Shown here: in pieces, positions 40,241-49,012 of the stretch | Numbering within the stretch: position 1 is the first letter of the stretch | How the letters are laid out: each line of letters opens with the position of its first letter | Assembly: GCA_946415375.1 (NCBI GenBank) | Contig: CAMKSF010000002.1 | Location: forward strand, 32,538-96,537 | Origin: an uncultured Clostridia bacterium | Lineage (GTDB): Bacteria > Bacillota > Clostridia > TANB77 > CAG-508 | DNA: 64,000 nt | Direction of reading: 5' to 3' | Translations under genes and position numbers: made by a program | The notes under the pieces: generated by a model | What the model was told of the DNA's origin: nothing | The model's input: the letters and a program-made list of their open reading frames with translations, nothing else | Database searches by the model: none

Positions 40241-41179
40241 ATGTCTAGAACTGGCATAGTAAATATGAGTATGGTAATTACGGAGGAAAAGGTTTTATCA
40301 AATATAGACAAAGTTCAAAAACTTATAAACCCTAATAGCAAAAAACAAATCATAGAATTAGATGAAGATTCGGATTTTAAAGATTTAGTTGAATCTATAA
40401 AATCATATTTAATAGAATATCCAAAGAAGAAAAATTTTCCAAAAGATGTATATAAATCTGCTTACGGATTAGTTGAGTTTGCAACATCTCAATTTGAAGA
40501 AAATACAAAAAAAATAGAAACTCTTATTAAGCAAAGAGAAGAAAATATTATTTTATCAGGAGAATTAAAAGAAACATTAGAAGCAACAGAAAACAAAGAG
40601 GATGGATGGAAAGAAAAAGTATCAGAAATTTCAGGAAAATTAGATGATGAAATAATAGCTAATTTAAAACTAATTGGAAAAGCTAAGGAAAAAGATACTA
40701 CAGAATATAAGGATGCTTTGAAAAAGGTAAAAGCAAGAGTAAATAATTTGGAATCTAATTTACATATAGAAATAGATATGGAGAGATTAGAAGATAGTTC
40801 TAAAGCATTAAGCTACATAGGAATAGAAATTGCTGATGCTCTAAAACTAATACCTGCACCTGAAGAACAATTAGAAGCTGTTGCAGCTCAAAATGCAATT
40901 GATGAGAAAGCTAAAGGTACTGAACTTGCAGTTGAAAAAGAAGAAATAAAAGAAGAGACATTAGAAGAATTAGTAAATGAAGCATTAGGTGAAGCAAAAG
41001 AAGAGATGATTGCTGAACAACAACAATATGAACGCGAGACTACATTTGAAGCAAAGCCAACATTATGGCAGAAATTTAAAAATAGTAAAATTGTTAGAGC
41101 AGCAACATATTTATTTAGAATTAAAGTTAGAATTGAATTACCAAGTAATGCACTTCCAGAAGGAAGAGGAGAAAATTAG
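40241..41179 (+). CDS. Hypothetical acidic coiled-coil protein (312 aa)
   Basis: ORF with GGAGGG RBS; no recognised domain. Confidence 0.5.
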   Translation: MSRTGIVNMSMVITEEKVLSNIDKVQKLINPNSKKQIIELDEDSDFKDLVESIKSYLIEYPKKKNFPKDVYKSAYGLVEFATSQFEENTKKIETLIKQREENIILSGELKETLEATENKEDGWKEKVSEISGKLDDEIIANLKLIGKAKEKDTTEYKDALKKVKARVNNLESNLHIEIDMERLEDSSKALSYIGIEIADALKLIPAPEEQLEAVAAQNAIDEKAKGTELAVEKEEIKEETLEELVNEALGEAKEEMIAEQQQYERETTFEAKPTLWQKFKNSKIVRAATYLFRIKVRIELPSNALPEGRGEN

Positions 41180-41199
41180 TAATTATCATATAGGAAAAA

Positions 41200-41340
41200 T
41201 AAAAAGTCAAGTAATTGAAAAAACAATTGCTTGACTTTTTTATGGGAATAATGCAAAGCACTTCTTGTCTAAGCAGTTTCCCGTTCTTAACAGAGAGAGG
41301 AAGTCCATCTCTCTGAAGGACTCAAAATATCATTTGTATT
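41200..41340 (-). ncRNA. Candidate small RNA (unknown family), strand assignment tentative
   Basis: GC-rich structured block between a terminator and the cmk promoter. Minus-strand TTGATT-17-TATTAT at 41347-41375 points into it, and the 41201-41241 hairpin also has a T-run on the minus strand. Confidence 0.25.
41201..41241. terminator. Bidirectional rho-independent terminator
   Basis: 12-bp stem GTCAAGTAATTG / CAATTGCTTGAC flanked by A5 and T6. Confidence 0.65.
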
Positions 41341-41472
41341 AATTAAATAATATATCAAATAATTTAAAAAATCAATACTTTTGTCGAAAAAAGTAAAAAG
41401 AATTTTGAAAAAAAGAGTATGAAATCTGTTTAGAGGTTAGCTAAATAAGAGACATTTAAAACTAAAAAAAGG

Positions 41473-41501
41473 TTTACAAAATCAAGAAAAAGTGATAATA
41501 T
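41473..41501 (+). promoter_or_regulatory. Sigma-A promoter for cmk
   Basis: TTTACA-17 nt-TAATAT with TG extension. Confidence 0.45.
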
Positions 41502-41562
41502 ATAATCAACTGAAAATAGATAGATTTTAGTGGGAAAATATTTGATAAAAGGAGATTTTAAA

Positions 41563-42234
41563 ATGGGATTTGTTGTAGCGATAGATGGACCAGCTGGTTC
41601 TGGAAAAGGAACAATAACTAAATTAGTAGCAGAAAAGAGAAATTTAGTATCAATAGATACAGGAGCAATGTACAGATGCGTTGCATTAGATTGCTTAAAT
41701 AATGGAATAGATGTTGAAGATGCAAAAGGTATAGAAAGAATACTTGATAAAATTCAAATAGAATTAAAGAAGATAGATGGAGAACAAAAAGTTTTTTTAA
41801 ACGGAAAAGACGTAAGCAAAGAAATCAGAGAACCACGAGTTGATGAGGTAGTTGCGAAATTTGCCGCAGTAAAACAAATTAGAGATAAAGTAACTCCGAT
41901 GCAAAGAGAAATGGGAAAAACTCAAAACATAATTATGGAAGGAAGAGACATAGGAACAGTTGTATTTCCAAATGCAGATGTAAAAATCTTTTTAGATTGT
42001 TCTATTGAAGAAAGAGCAAATAGAAGGTATAAGCAAAATCTAGAAAAAGGAATTCAAATGACTTATGAAGAAGTATTAGAGAACATCAAAGAAAGAAACA
42101 GACTTGAAACAGAAAGAGATATAGCACCTTTTGTAAAGCCAGAAGATGCCATAACGGTAGATTCTACAAACATGAGCATCGATGAAGTTGTAGAGGAAGT
42201 ATTAAAAATAGTTGATGAAAAACTACATAATTAA
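41563..42234 (+). CDS. cmk: Cytidylate kinase
   Basis: VAIDGPAGSGKGT P-loop. ATG 41563 follows AAAGGAG; the ORF opens at 41530. Confidence 0.9.
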   Translation: MGFVVAIDGPAGSGKGTITKLVAEKRNLVSIDTGAMYRCVALDCLNNGIDVEDAKGIERILDKIQIELKKIDGEQKVFLNGKDVSKEIREPRVDEVVAKFAAVKQIRDKVTPMQREMGKTQNIIMEGRDIGTVVFPNADVKIFLDCSIEERANRRYKQNLEKGIQMTYEEVLENIKERNRLETERDIAPFVKPEDAITVDSTNMSIDEVVEEVLKIVDEKLHN

Positions 42235-42282
42235 GGTCTATTTTAGTTATGTAGAAAAGAATAGATTAAAGAAGGAGCGAAA

Positions 42283-42882
42283 ATGAAAATTATTAAAAGT
42301 ATTAGAAAAGCAATAGTAAGAGGCGCTATTTATATATACTGCAAAATTGTATATAGAGCAAAGATTACTGGAACTGAGAATATACCAAGAAATGGTGCAA
42401 TCTTACTTTGTGCAAACCATAAAAGTTTTCTAGATCCACCCTTAATAGAATCTACATGCAAAAGACCAGATGTTAGATTTCTAGCAAAAAAGGAATTGGC
42501 AAAAAATAAATTTTTTGCACATCTTGGGAATTTGTTTGGTGAGATATTGGTGGAAAAAGATGCAAAAGATATGAAAGCAGTAAAAGAGGTTCTAAAAGCG
42601 TTTAAGAATAGTGAGGCAATTGCAATATTTCCCGAAGGCACAAGAAATGGTTTAGCAAAAGGAGAAAAAGTTAAAGATGGAGCTGCATTTTTTGCTCTTA
42701 ATTCTGATGCTATAGTTATCCCTGTTGGAATAAAAGGTGGAGATAAACCATTTAAAAAAGCTTATGTAACTTATGGAAAGCCAATAGATTTTTCTGAAGA
42801 AAAAAAGAATAGAAAAGATAAAGATACAGTAGAAAAGGTGACAGAAAAAATAATGGGGGAGATTATAGAACTTACAAAATAG
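42283..42882 (+). CDS. plsC: 1-acyl-sn-glycerol-3-phosphate acyltransferase
   Basis: NHKSFLDP (HxxxxD) and FPEGTR motifs. Confidence 0.85.
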   Translation: MKIIKSIRKAIVRGAIYIYCKIVYRAKITGTENIPRNGAILLCANHKSFLDPPLIESTCKRPDVRFLAKKELAKNKFFAHLGNLFGEILVEKDAKDMKAVKEVLKAFKNSEAIAIFPEGTRNGLAKGEKVKDGAAFFALNSDAIVIPVGIKGGDKPFKKAYVTYGKPIDFSEEKKNRKDKDTVEKVTEKIMGEIIELTK

Positions 42883-42909
42883 AATAGGCAAAAATAGAAA
42901 GGGGCAGTT

Positions 42910-45813
42910 ATGAACGACAAAATAATAATTAAGGGAGCAAAGGAGCATAATTTAAAAAACATAAATGTCGAAATCCCAAGAGATAAATTAGTAGTAATTA
43001 CAGGCTTATCAGGTTCTGGTAAGTCTTCTTTAGCGTTTGATACAATTTATGCAGAAGGACAAAGAAGATATGTAGAGAGTTTATCTTCTTATGCAAGGCA
43101 ATTTTTAGGAGTTATGGAAAAACCAAATGTTGAAAAAATAGAAGGACTATCTCCTGCAATTTCAATAGACCAAAAAACAACATCTAAAAATCCAAGGTCA
43201 ACAGTTGGAACAGTTACAGAAATATATGACTATATTCGTCTTCTATATGCTAGAATAGGAGTACCTTATTGTCCAAACTGTAATAAAAAGATTGAAAAAC
43301 AAACATTAGACCAAATAGTTGATAAAGTTTTAGAATTAGAAGAAGGAACAAGAATTCAAGTTTTGGCTCCTGTCGTTAGAGGTAAAAAAGGTGAATACAA
43401 AAAGGAACTTGAAAGTTTTAGAAAAGCGGGATTTGTAAGAGTACAAATAGATGGTGAGGTTTATGATTTATCAGAAGAAATAGAAATTGACAAAAACAAA
43501 AAACACTATATTGAAATAATAGTTGATAGATTAATTATTAGAGATGATATTAAAAGTAGGCTCACAGAATCAATTGAAACATCACTTACTCATGCAAATA
43601 AATTTGTTGTAATTGAGGTTGCAAATAAGTTAGAGGAGAACAAGAAAAAACTAAAAGAATTAGGAGCAAGAGATATCGCAAGTAGCAAAATGAAAGATGC
43701 AGAAACAAATGGTTCAAAACAAATACTATTTAGTTGTAATTATGCTTGTCCTGATTGTGGATTTAGTTTCCCAGAAATAACACCAAGAATGTTTTCTTTT
43801 AATGCTCCTATGGGTGCATGTCCATCATGTTTAGGAATTGGATATCTTATGAAAATGGATGAAGACTTAATAATTCCGGACAAAAATAAAACCTTGTATG
43901 ATGGAGTAAAAGCCTTTGGTGCAAGTACTATGAAACGTGGAGACACAATGGCAAAAATGTACTTTGAGTCAATTGGAAGATATTATGGAGTAGATATTAA
44001 AAAGCCAATTAAAAAACTTCCAAAAGAATTTTTAGAAAAGATTCTTTATGGAACAGGGGATGAAGAAATAGATTTTGAATATGAATCTCCATTTGGAACA
44101 AGAAAATTTAGATCTCCTTTTGAAGGAGTTTTGCCAACTTTAGAAAGACGCCATAATGAAACAAAATCTCAAGGTATGAGAGATTTTTATGAAATGTATA
44201 TGAGTAATTCTGATTGTCCGACTTGCAAAGGTGCAAGACTTAAAAGAGAAGTATTATCAATAAAAGTGGGAACTAAAAATATAAATGAACTGACTGCAAT
44301 GCCAATTGAAAAGATTCAAAAATACTTAAGAAATATTAAACTTACAAAAACACAGAAAATGATTGCAGAAATGATTTTAATAGAAATTGATAAAAGACTT
44401 CAGTTTTTAATAGATGTAGGTTTATCTTATCTTACACTATCTAGAAGTGCTGGAACATTATCAGGAGGAGAGGCACAAAGAATTAGACTTGCAACACAAA
44501 TTGGTTCAGGACTTACAGGAGTATTATACATCTTAGATGAACCAAGTATTGGACTTCATCAAAGAGATAATGCAAAATTAATTGCAACTCTTAAAAAACT
44601 TAGAGATTTAGGAAATACTTTAATTGTTGTTGAACATGATGAAGATACAATGTATGCAGCAGATCAAATTATTGATATTGGACCAGGTGCAGGAGTCCAT
44701 GGCGGAAATTTAATTGCACAAGGAACTGCAGAAGAGATTAAAAAGGTTAAGGATTCAATTACTGGTGCATATTTAAGTGGAAGAAAGAAAATAGAAATAC
44801 CTAAAAAACGTAGAAAAGGTGAAAAAAATAAATTTATAGAAATAGTTGGAGCAACAGAAAACAACCTTAAAAACATTAATGTAAAATTTCCACTTGGAGT
44901 ATTTAATTGTGTAACTGGGGTTTCAGGTTCAGGAAAATCAACGCTAATTAATGAAATACTATACAAAACAATTGCAAGAGATTTAAATGGAGCAAATGAA
45001 AAACCAGGAAAGTGTAAAGAAATAAAAGGACTAGAAAATATAGATAAAATAATAAATATTGATCAATCACCAATTGGAAGAACTCCACGTTCAAATCCTG
45101 CAACATATACAGGTGTATTTGATGATATTAGAGATATATTTGCAACAACAAATGAAGCAAAACTAAGAGGATATAATAAAGGAAGATTTAGCTTTAATGT
45201 ACCAGGAGGAAGATGCGAGGCTTGTAATGGAGATGGAGTTCATAAAATAGAAATGCATTTCCTAGCAGATGTTTATGTACCATGTGAAGTATGTAAAGGA
45301 AAAAGGTATAATTACGAAACTTTAGAGGTAAAATACAAAAACAAAAATATAGCAGATGTACTTGATATGACAGTTGAAGAAGCTTTAGAGTTTTTTGACA
45401 AAATACCAAAAATAAAACAAAAAATGCAAACTCTTTATGATGTAGGATTAGGATATATTAAACTTGGACAGCCATCAACAACTTTATCTGGTGGAGAAGC
45501 ACAAAGAGTAAAACTTGCAACAGAACTTTCAAAAAGAGCTACAGGAAAAACATTATATATCTTAGACGAGCCAACAACAGGACTTCATACAGCAGATGTT
45601 CATAGATTAATAGATATACTTCAACGTTTAGTTGATTCAGGAAACACAATAATAGTAATAGAACACAATTTAGATTTAATAAAAACATGTGATTACATAG
45701 TTGACCTTGGACCAGAAGGAGGAGAAGAAGGAGGAACAGTAGTTGCTATTGGTACTCCTGAGCAAGTTGCGAAAAACGAGAAGAGCTTTACAGGGGAGTT
45801 TTTGAAATTATAA
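42910..45813 (+). CDS. uvrA: Excinuclease ABC subunit A
   Basis: 967 aa. Two ABC modules ([27 protein letters not shown]; LSGGEAQR twice) and zinc modules CPNCN / CEAC...CEVC. Confidence 0.97.
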   Translation: MNDKIIIKGAKEHNLKNINVEIPRDKLVVITGLSGSGKSSLAFDTIYAEGQRRYVESLSSYARQFLGVMEKPNVEKIEGLSPAISIDQKTTSKNPRSTVGTVTEIYDYIRLLYARIGVPYCPNCNKKIEKQTLDQIVDKVLELEEGTRIQVLAPVVRGKKGEYKKELESFRKAGFVRVQIDGEVYDLSEEIEIDKNKKHYIEIIVDRLIIRDDIKSRLTESIETSLTHANKFVVIEVANKLEENKKKLKELGARDIASSKMKDAETNGSKQILFSCNYACPDCGFSFPEITPRMFSFNAPMGACPSCLGIGYLMKMDEDLIIPDKNKTLYDGVKAFGASTMKRGDTMAKMYFESIGRYYGVDIKKPIKKLPKEFLEKILYGTGDEEIDFEYESPFGTRKFRSPFEGVLPTLERRHNETKSQGMRDFYEMYMSNSDCPTCKGARLKREVLSIKVGTKNINELTAMPIEKIQKYLRNIKLTKTQKMIAEMILIEIDKRLQFLIDVGLSYLTLSRSAGTLSGGEAQRIRLATQIGSGLTGVLYILDEPSIGLHQRDNAKLIATLKKLRDLGNTLIVVEHDEDTMYAADQIIDIGPGAGVHGGNLIAQGTAEEIKKVKDSITGAYLSGRKKIEIPKKRRKGEKNKFIEIVGATENNLKNINVKFPLGVFNCVTGVSGSGKSTLINEILYKTIARDLNGANEKPGKCKEIKGLENIDKIINIDQSPIGRTPRSNPATYTGVFDDIRDIFATTNEAKLRGYNKGRFSFNVPGGRCEACNGDGVHKIEMHFLADVYVPCEVCKGKRYNYETLEVKYKNKNIADVLDMTVEEALEFFDKIPKIKQKMQTLYDVGLGYIKLGQPSTTLSGGEAQRVKLATELSKRATGKTLYILDEPTTGLHTADVHRLIDILQRLVDSGNTIIVIEHNLDLIKTCDYIVDLGPEGGEEGGTVVAIGTPEQVAKNEKSFTGEFLKL

Positions 45814-45864
45814 TTAAGCATTAGTATAAATGTACTTTAAAAACTAAAAAAATTATTTTAAAAA

Positions 45865-45897
45865 GATGGAATATTTACAATATATTCTGTCTTTTTT
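45865..45897 (+). terminator. Rho-independent terminator after uvrA
   Basis: GATGGAATAT-loop-ATATTCTGTC (two G.U pairs) followed by T6. Confidence 0.55.
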
Positions 45898-46161
45898 CTA
45901 TGAAAAAATACTATAAAAATAAAGAAAAATCTCTTGAAAAATAGTTTAAAATATGATTAAATTAATATGTAAAAATAAATTAGATAAAAATTTATGCACA
46001 TTGAAAAATAAATAAAAGTTATTCAAAAAGTCTATAAACATAAAAAATGTATGTAAATATGAAGCTAATTTATATAAAAGTAATAAAAAGCAAATTTACA
46101 AAGCTAAACAATAAATTTATGAATTAACACAAGAAAAAATAAAAAGAAGGAGGAACAAATA

Positions 46162-47607
46162 GTGAAGAAAAACAAAAAAGCCGGAATAACTCTTATAGCC
46201 TTAGTCATCACGATTATTGTTCTATTAATTCTTGCTGGAATAAGTATTTCTATGCTATCTGGCGACAACTCTATACTAAACCAAGCAGGAAGAGCAAGAG
46301 ATATAACAGGAGAAAAGTCAATAGCAGAAAGAGTGCAAATTGCATATTTAGGAGCTTTAGCAGAAGGAAAAGGAAATGTTACACGAGAATTACTAGAAAA
46401 TGCACTAGACAAAGAATTTGGACAAAATGGATATAATAAGCCATTATCGGACCTAACAAAAGTAACAATAGATGGAAAAGATTACAAATTTGATGGAACA
46501 GTAACACCAGGAGACGGTGGAGGAGAAACAAAGACAGTAGAAGAATTAAAAACTGCAGCTAGCTTAAATGGAGTAACACCATTATCAACAACAGATACAA
46601 CAACAATAAAAGACAATAAAGATAATGAAATAAAAGTACCAAAAGGATTTGGAATAGCAACAGATTCTGGAATAAATGTAGCAGAAGGAATAGTAATAGA
46701 AGATGCAGATAGTACGAGGCAAACATATAGGAGCCAATTCGTATGGGTGCCAGTAGGGACGATAACAAAGACAGATAGTAGTACAGAAACAATAACACTT
46801 GGAAGATATACGTTTAATACTTCTACAGGAGCAGAAACAGCAGTTCAAACACAAACTGGAACAACATATATGGCAACAACATCAGCTAGTGTTATAAGTA
46901 GTTACTATTATGAATTTAAAGATGATGCTGAATCACAAGCAATAAAAAGTGCAACATACGGAAATACAAAAGCAAAAAGTATATCGGATTTTGTTGAATC
47001 AGCAATTAGTAATAAAGGCTATTATATAGCAAGGTATGAAGCAGGAATAAGTGGAACGACAGAAAATAATAGTCTAGAGACTAAAAAGGCAACAGATGGA
47101 AGTGTAAAACCTCAATCAAAATCGGGCTTAGGAGTATGGAATTCAATAACACAGTTAAATGCAGCAGTTGTTTGTCAAAGTATGTATAATACCACAAACG
47201 ATAAAGTAACAAGTGATTTAGTAAATAGTTATGCATGGGATACAGCTATAGTATTTATACAAAAATGTGGAAATAATGGAGAAGATTCAAGTAAATATTC
47301 AATACAAAGAGGATATTCAGCAATAAATACAAGTGCAAGACAGCTAACAGGAGAAAATAAATTACAATACCAGCCAGGAGGAACAACTGCAAGAAGTATA
47401 GCAATATTTGATACACAATGTAAAATATGTGATATGGCAGGAAATATATATGAATGGACAACTGAGACTTTCTCTGCCACGAGCTTTCCTTGTGTTAGTC
47501 GAGGGGGTTATTACGACGATACCTACCTTTACACAGCTACTCGTAATGAAAGCGATACGATTAGTGCTGACTATCACATCGGTTTCCGTCCACTTTTATA
47601 CTTGTAG
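46162..47607 (+). CDS. Pilin-like leader protein with C-terminal FGE-sulfatase (SUMF1-like) domain
   Basis: N-terminus KKNKKAGITLIALVITIIVLLILAG. C-terminus GNIYEWTTE...SRGGYY...HIGFRPL matches the FGE-sulfatase signature. GTG start after GAAGGAGG. Confidence 0.8.
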   Translation: MKKNKKAGITLIALVITIIVLLILAGISISMLSGDNSILNQAGRARDITGEKSIAERVQIAYLGALAEGKGNVTRELLENALDKEFGQNGYNKPLSDLTKVTIDGKDYKFDGTVTPGDGGGETKTVEELKTAASLNGVTPLSTTDTTTIKDNKDNEIKVPKGFGIATDSGINVAEGIVIEDADSTRQTYRSQFVWVPVGTITKTDSSTETITLGRYTFNTSTGAETAVQTQTGTTYMATTSASVISSYYYEFKDDAESQAIKSATYGNTKAKSISDFVESAISNKGYYIARYEAGISGTTENNSLETKKATDGSVKPQSKSGLGVWNSITQLNAAVVCQSMYNTTNDKVTSDLVNSYAWDTAIVFIQKCGNNGEDSSKYSIQRGYSAINTSARQLTGENKLQYQPGGTTARSIAIFDTQCKICDMAGNIYEWTTETFSATSFPCVSRGGYYDDTYLYTATRNESDTISADYHIGFRPLLYL

Positions 47608-47676
47608 CATTGAGCCCTGCATGATATATACTAGAATAGGCTAATAATAGTTTTGAATAGAATAATTAAATAGGGA

Positions 47677-47731
47677 GGTAGGAAGCGAAAGGTTACAATG
47701 AAATAGTAATCAAGAGCTTTCGCTTCCTACC
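47677..47731. repeat. 15-bp perfect inverted repeat (hairpin, 25-nt loop)
   Basis: GGTAGGAAGCGAAAG (47677-47691) / CTTTCGCTTCCTACC (47717-47731). Confidence 0.8.
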
Positions 47732-47733
47732 GG

Positions 47734-47762
47734 ACTAGTCCTAGTGAGGCTAGTTTTTTTTT
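47734..47762 (+). terminator. Rho-independent terminator
   Basis: ACTAG(T)CC-TAGTGA-GGCTAGT followed by T9. Confidence 0.6.
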
Positions 47763-47834
47763 ATGCTCATAGGTTTACATAAACTTAAGAAGGTGTGAAT
47801 ATAACTAGCAAAAGATGAAAGGTAGGGATTTTTT

Positions 47835-48024
47835 ATGAAGTTTTTAGAAGCAGTAAAAGAATTTCAAAAATTAGAAGAGAATAAAGATCACTTATTGCAA
47901 GGAGAATATAAACGGGTTTAGAGAATGTCATATACAACCAGATTGGCTTTTAATCTATAAAACAGATAAAAAAGAATTAATTTTAACAGCTTTTAGAGCA
48001 GGCTCACATTCAGATTTGTTTTGA
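47835..48024 (+). pseudogene. YafQ/RelE-family toxin remnant: 5'-truncated and frameshifted
   Basis: Frame 1 gives ...KDHLLQGEYKRV-stop. Removing the C at 47913 restores KDHLLQGEYKGFRECHIQPDWLLIYKTDKKELILTAFRAGSHSDLF, which parallels the E. coli YafQ C-terminal half. About 30 N-terminal residues and the antitoxin gene are missing. Confidence 0.65.
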
Positions 48025-48101
48025 TAAAAATTGCTAGTAACAAATGTCGAAATATGTAGAATAATGTCGATAAAAAGTTTAGTTATAGTTAGACTTTTAC
48101 G

Positions 48102-48130
48102 TTGACATTATTCTTTTTTTATGTTAGTAT
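48102..48130 (+). promoter_or_regulatory. Sigma-A type promoter heading a ~450-nt leader
   Basis: TTGACA-17 nt-TAGTAT. Confidence 0.4.
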
Positions 48131-48432
48131 GTTTTTATGCAATAAATGTTTAATTATTGCAGATAAATATTAAATATTTTTATTTTAATTTGATTTTAAT
48201 ATCTATAAATTAGTTTTTTTACAAAGATTATTAATTCGGATTTTATTATTTATAATGTTAGTTTTTAAGAGTTTTATTTTATATATCAAGTAAATATTTC
48301 GGAGGGGTAGGTGTATTCTAATTATAAAAGTAATACTTATATATTTATTGCAAATTTAAAAGTAAGAAAGAAGGATGTTTATGAGTAATTTAAAAGCAAA
48401 AGAGTATTAAAATTTTGGACGAGTAAATAAAA

Positions 48433-48500
48433 GTGAACTCACTGAGTTCACAATTTGAGATATGAGTGTACTTTAAAAATTTTCCACTCAGTGAGTGGAA
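48433..48500. promoter_or_regulatory. Twin 19-nt perfect palindromes (operator- or attenuator-like)
   Basis: GTGAACTCACTGAGTTCAC (48433-48451) and TTCCACTCAGTGAGTGGAA (48482-48500). Shared ACTCA-N-TGAGT core, each followed by A(A)TTTGAG, centres 49 bp apart. Confidence 0.5.
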
Positions 48501-48588
48501 ATTTTGAGGTAACAAATTGTGCCAAAAAGATTGAATAGTTAAACTATCGATTCACTGCGTCGACATTTTGAATAGAGGAGTGAAAATT

Positions 48589-48984
48589 ATGAAATTAAGA
48601 GATTTAAAACAAGAAATTAAAAAGAATGTTTTAGAAGGATATGAGCTAAGAACTAATTTTAGTTCTAATGAGTTTTTAGTGGAGATAGGAAATCTTATTA
48701 TTATAGCTAAAATTATTTGTACAGATACAGAAGTAAGGTATGAGTTTGCATTAGATACACAATTTGTATCTACTAAGGAAATATCTTATGAAGAAATAGT
48801 TATGATAAAAAATGTAATTGATTTATTAAACAAGAATAAAAAACTTGCTTTATCTAGATTGAAAAAATGGACAGTAGAAGAATATAGAGAAGATGAAAGA
48901 ATTAGAAAAATACGAAGTGAGAAAATGCTTGAAGAATTAAAAAGTATTTTTTTGAATAGAACAAATTATCAGGAATTAGAATAA
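48589..48984 (+). CDS. Hypothetical protein (131 aa)
   Basis: ATG 48589 is 8 nt after GAGGAG; the ORF-track start at 48568 is a TTG. No recognised domain. Confidence 0.5.
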   Translation: MKLRDLKQEIKKNVLEGYELRTNFSSNEFLVEIGNLIIIAKIICTDTEVRYEFALDTQFVSTKEISYEEIVMIKNVIDLLNKNKKLALSRLKKWTVEEYREDERIRKIRSEKMLEELKSIFLNRTNYQELE

Positions 48985-49012
48985 TTTAGTTGAAAAGAAA
49001 GGAGAATAAAAT

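Noticed and set aside
41010-41234. ORF 41010-41234 overlapping the end of gene 40241-41179 and the terminator
   Set aside because: It has no RBS, is out of frame within a longer supported ORF, and reads through a terminator hairpin.
41291-41315. GAGAGGAAGTCC resembling the RNase P RNA GAGGAAAGUCC motif, or the SRP GGAAG motif
   Set aside because: The surrounding ~100 nt are far too short and lack the other conserved RNase P (P4, ACAGAA) or SRP (GUCCGGAAGGAAGCAGC) elements.
47408-47644. ORF 47408-47644 and minus ORFs 47229-47577 overlapping the 3' end of the pilin-FGE gene
   Set aside because: They are alternative frames of a gene whose own frame carries the conserved FGE-sulfatase motifs through to its stop.
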